Below are positions 9,090 to 19,683 of a stretch of 64,000 nt of DNA, piece by piece. The DNA comes from an uncultured Chloroflexia bacterium (GTDB lineage: Bacteria; Chloroflexota; Anaerolineae; CG2-30-64-16), in assembly GCA_963810095.1 (NCBI GenBank), contig CAWEMM010000006.1, positions 1,600,001-1,664,000 of the forward strand, in the 5' to 3' direction. The notes under the pieces were generated by a model, which was given only the letters and a program-made list of their open reading frames with translations, had not been told where the DNA came from and ran no database searches. The number at the start of each line of letters is the position of its first letter. Position 1 is the first letter of the stretch. The position numbers were made by a program, and so were the translations under genes.

Positions 9090-11152
9090 CGCGGCCGGCT
9101 CCGAGGTACGATCGCCAGCGCCCGTGGAGCTCGGCAACGAACTGTGACGGGGTTCCCCAGTAGATGTCGATGCGGTATTGGTCCAGGTATCGAGCGAGGT
9201 ACTTGCGGGCCGCGTTCCGCGTCTGCGGCGTTTGCCATATCCAGTTGCACGCCCACGTGGATCTTTTTGCTGCGGTTGGTCTGGCTGATCGGGCGAATCA
9301 GGCCCTGCAACACGGCCCGAAACTCCCAATCGTCGATATCATACCCGAGGAACAGGAAGCTGTGCTCGGAGAGCATCCGAAGCACGTTCATGGGCATGAT
9401 CGACTCCTGGTCGCGCGACAGCCGTACGAAGTGCTGGAGGTAATCGTCCTCGCTCAGCACCAGGTGCTTGCGTTGATCGTCCTGGTCCGAGCCGCCCAGG
9501 TGGAAGACGACGGGGTTGTCGGGGCTGGGGGCCGGGGTGAGAACCCACTGTGGTGAGCCCGCGGCCGCTTGCTCCCAGCGGGGCCCCACCCGGCGGGCCG
9601 GCCGCCCGCGCTGCTTCAGCGCCTCGAACATAAAGCTGTCGACGTTCGTCGTCATGTACAGGCTCAGGGGGAGATCGGCCAGCAGGTGATGGATCTCGTT
9701 TTCCTGGATCTGCAGCACCTGCTCCGACCAGTTGAGCGCAGCGATGGTATCGCTCAGGCTCGCATCCTTAGCCTGCCGCTTCTGATCGTCCGTCGGCTGG
9801 ACGCCCAGGTAGCCAAATAGGCTGCGCTGGAGCAGGCGCAGGTAGTCCGATACCATGAGGTCGGGATCGTTGACCGCCATAAACTGCATCACCCGGTGCA
9901 GTTGGTTCCGGTCGGACAGCGGATAGCCGTACCGGTCGGCCAGCTTCTGCGCCAGCGCCTCCTCGCTCGACAGGAGCCCCTCGGTCACCCGCGGCCCGAG
10001 GAAGGCAGTGCAAAGGCCCTGGTCGACGTTTTCCAGGAGGAACGGCCAGAAGAGGTCGGCCCGGTCGCTGGTGATGATCCCGCGTTCGCCCAACAGCCGG
10101 CCCGACTGGAGCCGGCTGAAGAGGACGGGGATCGATGCGCCCGGAAGCCGGGCGGTCATAATGGCAGCGCGCGCTTCGTTTGCGGCCAGGTCGGCTTGGC
10201 CGTGCAGCAGGAGCCGCTGGTAGAAGGTGCGGCTGAAGGCGGCCGCGGTCTCCACGGACACCAGGTCTTGCATGGCCAGGACGGCCGGTGCGCCCGCCGC
10301 AACCAACTGGGGCGCCAGGCCGCGAAATGCGTCGGCCGGGCTGCGGGTGGCAGTCTGGCAGCTCGAGAGGTAGACCAGCCGCAGCTTGTCCTCTGTATCC
10401 AACGTGGCGTCTCCGAGCTGCCGCGCGAGCATGGCCGCGATCTCCTCGGCGCGGGCGAGGGTGACCGCATTCCGGTCGTCGGCGAGGTACAGGACCGCGC
10501 CGGTCCGCTCGCTGTAGCTGCCGTGGCCGACGAAGTGAAGGATGTGGCCGCCCTGCTTGAGCGCCGCCTCGATGGCCGGCAGCGTGCAAGGCTGGGGCAA
10601 GGGAACGACCTCGACCGGAAGTCCGTGCGTCGCGTCTGCCAGTGCCGCGCACTCGAGTGCGACGTCCAGGGCAGCCAGCCCGTACTCGGCCAGATTCGCC
10701 GGGTTAGCGACCGCGACGAGAATCCTGATGGGCCGCTTGAGGATAGGACTGCCCGGTTGCCACTGGCCTGCCAGGTAGCGGGAGAAAGGGGTCGCGGCGG
10801 ACGCGCCAATGTCCTGGACCGTGTCGCCGCCAGGGTCGCGCAGCAGCTCCCACGGCACAGTATGCAATTCGGGCGCGGCGGCATCGAGGCGCAGGCGCAG
10901 CCGGCGCCGGGGGGCCCGGCCCCGCACTTCGGCCCATGCGGCCTTGATCCGATCGTCGGCCACCAGGCAGGCGAACAAACGCTCGCCGTCTGCTTTCGGA
11001 TCGTCCCCCTCCACCCAGGGCACCAAGCTGGGTGCGATGAAGCCGCGGCGGTACTCCAACTCACGGTTAAGCGTAAGCTCGACCGGATATCCCTCTACCT
11101 GTCGGGGCAGGATGCGGATTTCCAGGTCTGTGAAGCCGTCGGTGTCGGGCAT
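9073..11152 (-). CDS. CHAT (caspase-like) protease domain fused to a SIR2-like (SIR2_2) domain; frameshift near 9210
   Basis: LHTVPWELL, HFVGHG and YLSSCQT (CHAT dyad), VLAMQ, then AFLGPRV, YMTTNVDS, LFLGYDIDDWEFR. The alternative frame gives a family-typical end KYLARYLDQYRIDIYWGTPSQFVAEL...DWSF*. Confidence 0.85.
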
Positions 11153-11335
11153 ACTGCTGGCCTGCTCGAGACTTGCACTAGTAGATATTAAGCACGATAC
11201 AATCGGACGACAAATTACAGCATGCGTCCTGCTAAGATTCCGTGAGCTTGGTTACCATGCGGTGGGCTTCCGGGCGTGTCCGCCGACCGCGGGACTGGCG
11301 CGCGAAGTTTTTCTGCACTTTGTAGGCCCGGCCCC

Positions 11336-11364
11336 TTGTCGGCGCCGTTCATACTTTGTATAAT
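11336..11364 (+). promoter_or_regulatory. Sigma70-type promoter for bcp
   Basis: TTGTCG-N17-TATAAT. Confidence 0.5.
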
Positions 11365-11402
11365 CTTGCTTGTCGATGTCAACCCGACCAGGAGAGGGGA
11401 AA

Positions 11403-11897
11403 ATGGCGAAGAAGGAAGTGGAAGTCCCGGCGGGCGTGCCTGAGGTGGGGAGCCCGGCGCCCGACTTTGAGCTGAAAAACGACGAGGGGAAGACCGTGCG
11501 GTTGAGTGACCTGCGGGGGAAGCGGGTCGTGCTCTATTTCTATCCGAAGGACGACACCCCAGGCTGCACCACGCAGGCCTGCGGCTTTCGTGACAATTAC
11601 GTGGAGATCCAGGAGCAAAACGCGGTCGTGCTGGGCATCAGCCCGGACGGCGAGAGCAGCCACGCCAAGTTCAAGACCAAGTTCAACCTGCCGTTCACCC
11701 TGCTGGCCGACCCCGAGCATGTCGTCTCAGAGGCTTACGGTGTGTGGCGCGAGAAGAGCATGTACGGCAAAACCTACATGGGCATCGTTCGCTCGCATTT
11801 CGTGATCGACGAGAACGGCAAGGTCGCAGACGTGCGCTACAGCGTCAGCCCGGACGACAGCGTGCAGAGCGCGCTGGCTGCGCTCCGTTTGAGCTGA
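11403..11897 (+). CDS. bcp: Thioredoxin-dependent thiol peroxidase (BCP/PrxQ peroxiredoxin)
   Basis: VLYFYPKDDTPGCTTQACGFRD motif; RBS ggagagg. Confidence 0.93.
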   Translation: MAKKEVEVPAGVPEVGSPAPDFELKNDEGKTVRLSDLRGKRVVLYFYPKDDTPGCTTQACGFRDNYVEIQEQNAVVLGISPDGESSHAKFKTKFNLPFTLLADPEHVVSEAYGVWREKSMYGKTYMGIVRSHFVIDENGKVADVRYSVSPDDSVQSALAALRLS

Positions 11898-11904
11898 TCG
11901 CGGT

Positions 11905-11960
11905 CTGGAAACGCAAAGGCGAGAGCCACCACATGGTCGCTCTCGCCTTTGCGTTTCCAG
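11905..11960. repeat. 22-bp perfect inverted repeat between convergent genes (bidirectional terminator or REP-like)
   Basis: ctggaaacgcaaaggcgagagc-N12-gctctcgcctttgcgtttccag. Confidence 0.75.
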
Positions 11961-11981
11961 GGGTTGGCAGGTGAGCTGCTT

Positions 11982-13163
11982 CTATACTCTGCCCCGCACC
12001 GCCTGCCCGAAGTGTCGGACCCGGATGCCGGGCCCAGTTGCGCCATAACGGGCACGGAGCCACGTCCGCTCGGGCCAGAGCGTCCGCCCTACGATGCGGG
12101 CAGCATCGCGGCTCCGGTCGACCAGCAGCAGTTGAAATGCAAGGCGCCGGGGCCCGCCTGTCATGTCGCGGCCTTCGAGCATGTAGGTGGTGCCGACGAA
12201 GCGGCGCAGGGCGCGGCGTCGGGCGGGCGGGGGTGCGAGCTTCGCAAGGGCTTTTGCCGCACCCGGCAACCCGAATAGCTCGTTTGCCAGGTCGAGCACC
12301 AGCCAGGTCGCCGTAGCCACCCGCCAAGCGCGCGCCCGCTCGGCCAGGATTGGCCAGTCGATAGCGTCGGTCCGGCTCAACAGGGCCACGTCGAGTAGCG
12401 CCCGGATGCCGGGATAGGCCATCTGGTGATTGACGGCGATGTGCACGGCGGACTGTACGATCGCGTCTTCCGGCGCGAGCGCGGAGGCGGGGCATCCGAG
12501 CACATCCACCTGGCGCACCCGCGCGCGAATGCCTGCGTCGTCGATGGCAGCCGTCCGCCGCACCCATTCGCCGGCAAATATGCCCCAGTGTAACTCGACG
12601 AGACCCGTGCCCGGCGCGGCGCTGATCATCTGTACCTCGCCGCCGGTATGCTGTTGCAGGTCGAGGGGCCGCTCGGGCTTGCGAAGCTCCCGGTAGCCGA
12701 TCGTGCCCAGTGCGGCCCGGGCCGGCGGCATCCCCTCGTGTGTCAGCCACAGGTCCAGGTCGCCCATGGGCCGGCAGGCCGGGTCCGGGTACGCGGTGTA
12801 GGCCAGGGCCGCGCCCTTGAACAGGACGGGCGAGACCCCGGCGTGCGCCAAGCACTCGAGGATGGTGCGGAGCTCGTCGCCGTGCAACTCGGCGTCGGCT
12901 GCCGCCGCGTAATAAGCGCTGCGCAGGGCCTGGGCCAGGGGTGCTGCCAGCGCCCGCGTGCACCCCGCAGTTTTCAGCCGGTGCCACACGAACGGCGCGA
13001 GGGCCAGCCGCGTCAGCCAGTCGGCCCAGGAGGCGTCGGCCCCGCTCTGCGCCCACTCGGCTAGCGCCGGCCCGTCATCCAACAGCCCGCGCAGAAGCCG
13101 CGCTCCGCCCGGGGGCGCCCACCCCGGGGGATGCCAGACGACCGGGTGCTTGGATTTCGCCAT
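11982..13163 (-). CDS. Uncharacterised nucleotidyltransferase family protein (NTP_transf_5-like)
   Basis: VLFKGAALAYTAYPDPACRPMGDLDLWL, VELHW and LLDVALL motifs. Confidence 0.85.
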   Translation of the reverse strand: MAKSKHPVVWHPPGWAPPGGARLLRGLLDDGPALAEWAQSGADASWADWLTRLALAPFVWHRLKTAGCTRALAAPLAQALRSAYYAAAADAELHGDELRTILECLAHAGVSPVLFKGAALAYTAYPDPACRPMGDLDLWLTHEGMPPARAALGTIGYRELRKPERPLDLQQHTGGEVQMISAAPGTGLVELHWGIFAGEWVRRTAAIDDAGIRARVRQVDVLGCPASALAPEDAIVQSAVHIAVNHQMAYPGIRALLDVALLSRTDAIDWPILAERARAWRVATATWLVLDLANELFGLPGAAKALAKLAPPPARRRALRRFVGTTYMLEGRDMTGGPRRLAFQLLLVDRSRDAARIVGRTLWPERTWLRARYGATGPGIRVRHFGQAVRGRV

Positions 13164-15109
13164 CAGGAGCGGACCTTCGTCTCGCCGCTGTACTCGGGGA
13201 CCAGGCTGCGCAGCGCGAGGCGCATGCTCTCTTCGTCCTGGCAGTACGCGGCCTCGAGAAGTGATTCGAGGCGGCCGGCCAGCGCATCGCTCGACCCGTC
13301 GAAGGCGCCATGACCGTTCGTGAAGCGCAGGATTTTCTCGTGCTCGGTGCGCCCGTAATGCTCGGACGACGTCAGCAGCTCCTCGTACAGCTTCTCGCCG
13401 GGGCGCAGGCCGGTGAACCGGATCTTGATGTCGCGGTCGGGCTCGAGGCCGGACAGGCGGATCAGGTCGCGCGCCAGGTCGACAATGCGGAGCGGTTCGC
13501 CCATGTCGAGCACGAACACTTCTTCCCCACGCCCCATCGTTGCCGCCTGCAGCACGAGTTGAACCGCTTCGGGGATGGTCATGAAGAAGCGCCGTACCTC
13601 GGGGTGGGTCACGGTGACGGGGCCACCCGCCGCGATTTGCTTTTGGAAGAACGGGACGACGCTGCCCCGGCTGCCGAGCACGTTGCCGAAGCGGACGGCC
13701 ACGTACGCGCAGCCGTGTGTGCGTGCCGATCGCTGGACGATCAGCTCGGCTACCCGCTTGGTTGCGCCCATGATGCTCGTCGGGTTCACGGCCTTGTCGG
13801 TCGAGATGAGTACGAAGTGGGTCACGCCAGCTGCTGCGCTTGCCTCCACCACCCGCAGCGTGCCAAACACGTTGTTCGTGATGGCGTCGGCGATGTTGTC
13901 TTCCATCAGCGGGACGTGCTTGTGCGCGGCAGCATGGAACACGACCTCGGGCCGGTGTTCGGCGAACACCGCACCCAGCCGCTCGGCGAAGCGAACGTCT
14001 GCAATGACGGGGGTAATGACGGGCTGGAGACCGGGAGGACAGGGGGAGTCGGGGCCGGCGAGCTCGGCCCGCAGCTCGTTGTGGATGTCAAAAATCGAGT
14101 TTTCGCCGTGGCCCAACAGGACCAGCGTCGCGGGGCAGCAGCGCAGAATCTGCCGGCAGAGCTCCGACCCGATGGAGCCGCCCGCGCCGGTGACGAGGAC
14201 CCGTTTGCCGTGCAACAGCGCTTCGACGCGTGCCGTGTCGGTGAGAACGGGCTCGCGGCGCAGCAGGTCGTCGATTTGCACGTCGCGCAATTGGTTCAGC
14301 CGGACGTTGCCGCCAAGAATCTCGTAGATGCCCGGCACGATGCGGGCCCGCACGCTGGCCGATTCGCAGATGTCCACGATCTCGCGGATTGTTTTGCCGG
14401 TCGCGCTGGGCATGGCGATGATGACTTGCTCGACGTGGTGCTGACGCACGAACTCGGGGATGGCGTCTCTGCCGCCCAGCACCCGCACACGGTTGAGTAG
14501 CACTCCGTGTTTGGCTGGGTCGTCGTCGACGAAGCCGACGGGGACCAGGCCCATCTGCGGGTTCTGGCGCAGCTCGCGCAGCACCATCGCGCCGGCCTCG
14601 CCCGCACCCACGATGAGGACGTGCTGCAAGGGACCACTGGCCTGGCCCTCCTTCCCCGACCGCTGCGCGTTCAGCGCGCCGGCGCGCAGTGCGAAGCGAG
14701 GCGCTGCGATGACGGCAAAGGTGATGAAGACGCTGATGAGGGGAATGGAGCGCGGCACACCGGGCGCCAGGAGGGCGGGGAAGAAGGCCTGGGCGCCGAG
14801 GAACAGCGCACCTTGTGCCAGCGAGCCAATCGCCGCGGCCCAAACCAGCAGCATCATTTCGTCGTATCCCGCGTACTGCCAGTAGCGGGAGTACAGGCCC
14901 AGGCCGGCGAAGATCGGCAGCATGATGATCGGGGCCGCGATCGCGTAGAGCAGCATGGTCTGCGCGTACGTCTGGATCAGGGCGCTGTCGAGGCGGAGTG
15001 CAAAGGCCAGGATGGCGGCCATCGGGAGGAGCAGCCCGTCGGTGAGGAGCAGGTGCCGGTTGCGCACGCGCAGCAGCAGCCGGGGCAGGGTAAAGGAAAA
15101 TGGTTTCAC
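13163..15109 (-). CDS. Membrane-bound UDP-GlcNAc 4,6-dehydratase (CapD/PglF/WbpM family)
   Basis: Four N-terminal TM helices, IVGAGEAG, VTGAGGSIGSEL, HAAAHKHVPLME, STDKAVNPTSIMGATKR, RFGNVLGSRGSV, GLRPGEKLYEEL. Confidence 0.93.
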   Translation of the reverse strand: MKPFSFTLPRLLLRVRNRHLLLTDGLLLPMAAILAFALRLDSALIQTYAQTMLLYAIAAPIIMLPIFAGLGLYSRYWQYAGYDEMMLLVWAAAIGSLAQGALFLGAQAFFPALLAPGVPRSIPLISVFITFAVIAAPRFALRAGALNAQRSGKEGQASGPLQHVLIVGAGEAGAMVLRELRQNPQMGLVPVGFVDDDPAKHGVLLNRVRVLGGRDAIPEFVRQHHVEQVIIAMPSATGKTIREIVDICESASVRARIVPGIYEILGGNVRLNQLRDVQIDDLLRREPVLTDTARVEALLHGKRVLVTGAGGSIGSELCRQILRCCPATLVLLGHGENSIFDIHNELRAELAGPDSPCPPGLQPVITPVIADVRFAERLGAVFAEHRPEVVFHAAAHKHVPLMEDNIADAITNNVFGTLRVVEASAAAGVTHFVLISTDKAVNPTSIMGATKRVAELIVQRSARTHGCAYVAVRFGNVLGSRGSVVPFFQKQIAAGGPVTVTHPEVRRFFMTIPEAVQLVLQAATMGRGEEVFVLDMGEPLRIVDLARDLIRLSGLEPDRDIKIRFTGLRPGEKLYEELLTSSEHYGRTEHEKILRFTNGHGAFDGSSDALAGRLESLLEAAYCQDEESMRLALRSLVPEYSGETKVRS

Positions 15110-16179
15110 GCGTGCCTTCTCTGGATGCGGCGGCGCGCACGTTCCTGTGCCACAACAGAGTACCACAGGCCGAGCGCCGCAGCGGGAATGGTGAGTGCTA
15201 TCAGGAACGGCGCGGCGGGCAGGTTTGCCAGCCAGGCAAGGCCGAGCCCGCCGCCCAGCGCCGCGAGCGCGGCGTATAACAGCGAAACAGGACCGTGGCC
15301 GTAGCCAAGGATGACCAGCCGCTGGTAAAGATGCGACCGGTGCGCTGCGAAAACGTTCTCGCGGCGTAGGGCCCTTCTGATAAACGTAAACGAGGCGTCG
15401 AAAACAAACGGCCAGACGGCGAGCACGCCAACGACCGCCAGCCGGGGATCGACCTGGGCGGCGGCTACTGCCAGGCTCGCCAGGCTCAGCCCAAGGAATG
15501 CGCTGCCGACGTCGCCCATGAAGATGCGGGCCGGCGACCAGTTGTAGCGCAAGAAGCCGAGGCTCGCGCCCGCGATAATCAGGCCGATCTCCGCCAGGAG
15601 CACGGTCCCGGTGATCCAGCCCGCGGCCGCCCAGGCGAGGCCTGCCACCACGGCCTGCGCCCCGGCGATCCCATCGATCCCATCCATAAAGTTGTAGGCA
15701 TTGGTGAGCCCGGTCAGCCAGAAGAAGGCGAGGACTGCGCCGGCGCCGTACAGGCGCACCGTTCCCGCGATGGGCAGCTCGACCTGCCAGAAGTGCCCCA
15801 GCGCCACGATCACCGCGACGGCCGCGGCGGCATGGACGGCGAAGCGGATGGAGTTGGGCAGCGAGCGAATGTCATCGACCAGGCTGACGGCGGCCACGGC
15901 AGCCCACGCTCCGAGCATCAGCCCGATGGGCAGCCAGCTCGTGACACCGAGCCCGGCAGCCATCACGACGGTCAGGACAAGCGTCACGACGACGATGGCC
16001 AGCCCGCCGCCCCGCGGCACGGGCCGGGTGTGCGAGCTGCGTTCGTTGGGGATGTCGAGCAGACGCTGCGCGGCAAACCGGCGGATGGCTGCCACGCCGG
16101 CCCAGCTGAGCGCGAAGGCAACCACGGTGAGCGCCACGCCGAGGGCCAGAAGCTCGAGCACGTCCCGTTCAGCTAGCAC
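15106..16179 (-). CDS. Polyprenyl-phosphate hexosamine-1-phosphate transferase (MraY/WecA/WbpL family)
   Basis: DIPNERSSH..PRGGG, SLVDD, NAYNFMDGIDG, IFMGDVGS, AHRSHLYQ; multiple TM helices. Confidence 0.92.
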   Translation of the reverse strand: MLAERDVLELLALGVALTVVAFALSWAGVAAIRRFAAQRLLDIPNERSSHTRPVPRGGGLAIVVVTLVLTVVMAAGLGVTSWLPIGLMLGAWAAVAAVSLVDDIRSLPNSIRFAVHAAAAVAVIVALGHFWQVELPIAGTVRLYGAGAVLAFFWLTGLTNAYNFMDGIDGIAGAQAVVAGLAWAAAGWITGTVLLAEIGLIIAGASLGFLRYNWSPARIFMGDVGSAFLGLSLASLAVAAAQVDPRLAVVGVLAVWPFVFDASFTFIRRALRRENVFAAHRSHLYQRLVILGYGHGPVSLLYAALAALGGGLGLAWLANLPAAPFLIALTIPAAALGLWYSVVAQERARRRIQRRHA

Positions 16180-17195
16180 GTTCGAGCGCTCCGTTCACGG
16201 CCATACCGGCTACTGCATCGCGCCAGCCCGCCTGCAGGTCGTACGCGGGGCAGTAGCCCAACTCGCGCATCATGCGCGAGCCGTCGACTGCGACGTCTTC
16301 CAGGTACTTCTCGAGCATGGCCGAGCTGACGGGCAGGGGCCGCCCGAAGAGCTTCGCCAGGCCGTCGCCCGCTCGGGCGGCCGTCTGCACGGGCCAGACG
16401 GGAAGCGCCCAGCGGGGCGCGGGACGGCCGAGCCCGGCGCAAATTGCGGCCAGGATTTCGCGCAGCGTGTGGACCTCACCGTCAGTCACGTTGTAGACCT
16501 GGCCGGCGGCGGCTTCGGCGGCGAGGGCCACCGCTACAGCCGCGGCAACGTCCTGTTCGTGGACAAGCGTGCGCCGGTTTTCGCCCCGGCCCACCGGCAC
16601 GAAGCGGCCGCGGGCGAGCGCCGTGACGAGCCGGCTGTAGTTCCCCTTGACCCGGCTGCCGTACACTGCGGCCAGCCGCAGCACCACCCCTAAGGGGGCG
16701 CCGTCGGCGCCGCGTGCGGCCAGGACCACCTGCTCGCCGGCTAGCTTGGTCTCGCGCATAGAGCGTGTCTGGGCGGGGCGCAGCATTCTCGCTGAGCAGT
16801 TCCCCGCGCCCGTAACCGTACACCGCGATCGTGCTCAGGAAGGCCAGCCGCCGGACCCCGCATTGGCCGGCCACCTCCACCACCGTCTCCGTCCCCCGCA
16901 CGTTGACGCGCTCGAACTCGGCGGCGAGTTCGGGGCCGGGGTTGTTAATGTGCAGCAGCGCGGCCATGTGGACGACGTGTGAAGCGCCTGCCATGGCGGC
17001 GCCGAGCACGTGGCGGTCGCAGATGTCGCCGGTAAACCACTCGACGTCGGTCGTGTACGGCCGGCCGGCTGCAGGGGCCAGGCCGAGCCCGCGCACCCGG
17101 TAGCCATGCGCGCCGAGCAGGTTGACCACTGCCGGGCCGAGCGCGCCGCTCGCGCCGGTAACGAGGACGGTGGGGCGGGGGTTATCCGCGGGCAC
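16169..17195 (-). CDS. NAD-dependent epimerase/dehydratase (frameshift near 16760)
   Basis: VLVTGASGALG, VVHMAALLH, FLSTIAVYG, then LRLAAVYG in the other frame. Confidence 0.85.
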
Positions 17196-18435
17196 GCGTC
17201 ACCTCGCGGATCAGCGCGTCGTACTGGGCGGCGACGGCCGCCCGAGAGTGGTGCGCGATGACGTAGCGCCGGCCGTTTTCGCCTTGCGCAGGGAGCTCGG
17301 CCCGCTGCGCGTAGGCCTGGCGCACCGCGGCGGCCATCTGTTGCGCGTCGTCGGGCGGAACGGCCCAGCCGCACTGCGCCGCGTCGACGACCCAGGCCAG
17401 CTCCGAGTCGTGGTCGGCCGACGCGATGACGGGCCGGGCCGCGGCCATGATCGTGTAGATCTTCGACGGAAAGGTTTCTTGCGCGGTGCCGCTCTTGAGT
17501 GGCACGAGGCAAACGTCGCTTGCGGCATAGATCTGCGGAACGACAGAGCGTGGTTGATAGGGTAGGAGAACCACGCCCGGCAGCGGGTCTTGCCGGAGCT
17601 CGTTTTCCAGCCACTCGCGCCGGGTGCCGTCGCCAACGATCAGGAAGCGGAGGTCGGGCAGATCGGCCAGCAGCCGAGCGGCTTGCAGGACCGTCTCGAA
17701 GCCTTGGGTCAGGCCGATGTTGCCCGCGTACTGGACGACGAACTTGTCGTCGAGGCAGTGCTGGCGCGCAAAGTCGTTCTGTTTGGGTCCGGGCTCGATA
17801 AAGCTCGTGTCGACAAAATTCGGGATGACCCGCAGCTTGGCCGCGGGCACGCCCTTGGCGAGGAGGCGGCGCCGGAACCACTCGGAGATGACGGTGATGA
17901 CCCGCGCGCGGGCGTAGACGAACGTCTCGAGCCCCTCGAAGAAACGTATGGCGGTGCGATTCGTTAGCATGCCGAGGCTGACGGCCACGTCGGGGTAGAT
18001 TTCCTGCACGTTGTAGATGAAGGGCGCGCCGCGCAGCAGGCGAAGCAGCCACGCGCTGAGGCCGATCGTCAGCGGGGGCGAGGGCGCGATAATCACGTCG
18101 AACGGGCCGACGGCAAGGAGGCCGGCAGCCGTGCTGATGGCATGAAACCGCAGGTAGTCGAGAATGCGCGCGCCGACACGCCAACCCTTAACCGGGATCG
18201 ACGCGTGGAGCACTTTGATCCCGCCGATCTCGCTTTCGTAGAGCAGGCCGCCCCAGCGCTTTGTGAGCGGCTGGCGCGCCCGCGCCTCGGGCTCCTCGTT
18301 GTAATGCGGGGTGGTGGTCAGCACCGTAACCTCGTGGCCCAGTGCTTTCAACTCGAGCGCGAGCTCGGTCATCAGCACGGCGGTCGAGACGCCGTCGGGC
18401 GCGAAGACGAGGGTTAGGAGAAGGATTCTACTCAA
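17182..18435 (-). CDS. Glycosyltransferase family 4 (WbuB-like)
   Basis: YNVQEIYPD, YAGNIGLTQG, FPSKIYTIMAAARPVI. Confidence 0.9.
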   Translation of the reverse strand: MSRILLLTLVFAPDGVSTAVLMTELALELKALGHEVTVLTTTPHYNEEPEARARQPLTKRWGGLLYESEIGGIKVLHASIPVKGWRVGARILDYLRFHAISTAAGLLAVGPFDVIIAPSPPLTIGLSAWLLRLLRGAPFIYNVQEIYPDVAVSLGMLTNRTAIRFFEGLETFVYARARVITVISEWFRRRLLAKGVPAAKLRVIPNFVDTSFIEPGPKQNDFARQHCLDDKFVVQYAGNIGLTQGFETVLQAARLLADLPDLRFLIVGDGTRREWLENELRQDPLPGVVLLPYQPRSVVPQIYAASDVCLVPLKSGTAQETFPSKIYTIMAAARPVIASADHDSELAWVVDAAQCGWAVPPDDAQQMAAAVRQAYAQRAELPAQGENGRRYVIAHHSRAAVAAQYDALIREVTRARG

Positions 18436-18513
18436 CGTGCTGGTGACCTGTGCAGTTGGGCAACCTGCAACGGTGACTCGTTCGTCTCATTCACTTTCGT
18501 TCGTTCCATAGCC

Positions 18514-19680
18514 TCAGGCGCGTCGTCGTTCGAGAACTGTCTTCTCGTAAGCATTCAGGAGACGTCCGACAACGGGTGCTGCCCTGTATTCGGCTGCGCG
18601 TGCAAGCCCTCGTGCCCTACATTTTTCCCTGATTTCCCCATCCAGCTGAAACTGCATCATGGCCTCACTCATGCCAGACACGTCTTTGGCGTCGAAGTAG
18701 ACGGCTGCGTCCCTCGCGAACTCCTTCACAGGAGCGATATCAGAGGCCAACAGTGGACAGCCACAAGCCATTGCTTCCAGCACAGGGATACCGGCTCCCT
18801 CAAATAGCGAAGGGAAGACCTGCGCCCCAGCCGCCGCATAAAGGACTGAAAGTTCTTCGGAGCTTAGCGGGAAACGTTCGGTTCCGTTGCGGTAACCGGC
18901 AGAGATAAGTGTTACCGACTCCTCAAGCTGTCTTTCGTGAATTGCAGCCAAAATGATTTCGTCGTTGCCCTTCAGATCGCCACATAGTACCAATGGCCAA
19001 GGCGCGGCTCCGTTAGCCTTCAGCGAGTGGTACGCCTCCAGCAAGCCCAGATGGTTCTTGTGTGGATAGAAGTGCGCCACGTAGAGCCAGAACTGCTCGG
19101 GGAGCGCGTGACGTTCCCTGAAATCGTTGACGGTGCGGTTATCAGCAACAGCAAACGCAGAGCTAAGAATGGGTGGGATTACCGTCATGTGATCAGAGGA
19201 CGCACCCAACACACGTTTCATGTCCCCCGCCGTGGACTCCGACATTGGCAGCAGCATTTCAGCGCCTTGCACTGTCTGCTGCATCATGGCCTGCAAGTAC
19301 GTCCGCTTTAGTTTCGTGAATCCGTCGGGTCTTGCGAAGACCATGAGGTCGTAGAAGGTCACTGCGGCAGGGACTACGTTTATGATCCCACGAGTGTTGG
19401 CAAGCCAATGCATCAAATCCAAGCGGTGCTTCCGCGCCAGCGACTGCAATGCGGTATTCTCGTACAATATCCGGCGAGGCCGGCTCTTGGAGTGCACAGG
19501 TACCTCGACGGGGATAAAATTGGCCGTGGTAGGCAGAAGGACGCGGCTGGAGGGTGTCACAAAGCCAACGTAAGTATTTGTGGTGTCGCACTCGGCGATG
19601 CCGTTCAACAAACCTGCGATGTAGTTCCAGGCTCCTCCAATCTCGGGCAGTGCGTGTAGGAGATTCAGTCCGATCCGCAT
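18514..19680 (-). CDS. Glycosyltransferase family 4 (GT-B)
   Basis: PHKNHLGLL and FPSLFEGAGIPVLEAMACGCP. Confidence 0.9.
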   Translation of the reverse strand: MRIGLNLLHALPEIGGAWNYIAGLLNGIAECDTTNTYVGFVTPSSRVLLPTTANFIPVEVPVHSKSRPRRILYENTALQSLARKHRLDLMHWLANTRGIINVVPAAVTFYDLMVFARPDGFTKLKRTYLQAMMQQTVQGAEMLLPMSESTAGDMKRVLGASSDHMTVIPPILSSAFAVADNRTVNDFRERHALPEQFWLYVAHFYPHKNHLGLLEAYHSLKANGAAPWPLVLCGDLKGNDEIILAAIHERQLEESVTLISAGYRNGTERFPLSSEELSVLYAAAGAQVFPSLFEGAGIPVLEAMACGCPLLASDIAPVKEFARDAAVYFDAKDVSGMSEAMMQFQLDGEIREKCRARGLARAAEYRAAPVVGRLLNAYEKTVLERRRA

Positions 19681-19683
19681 TTA

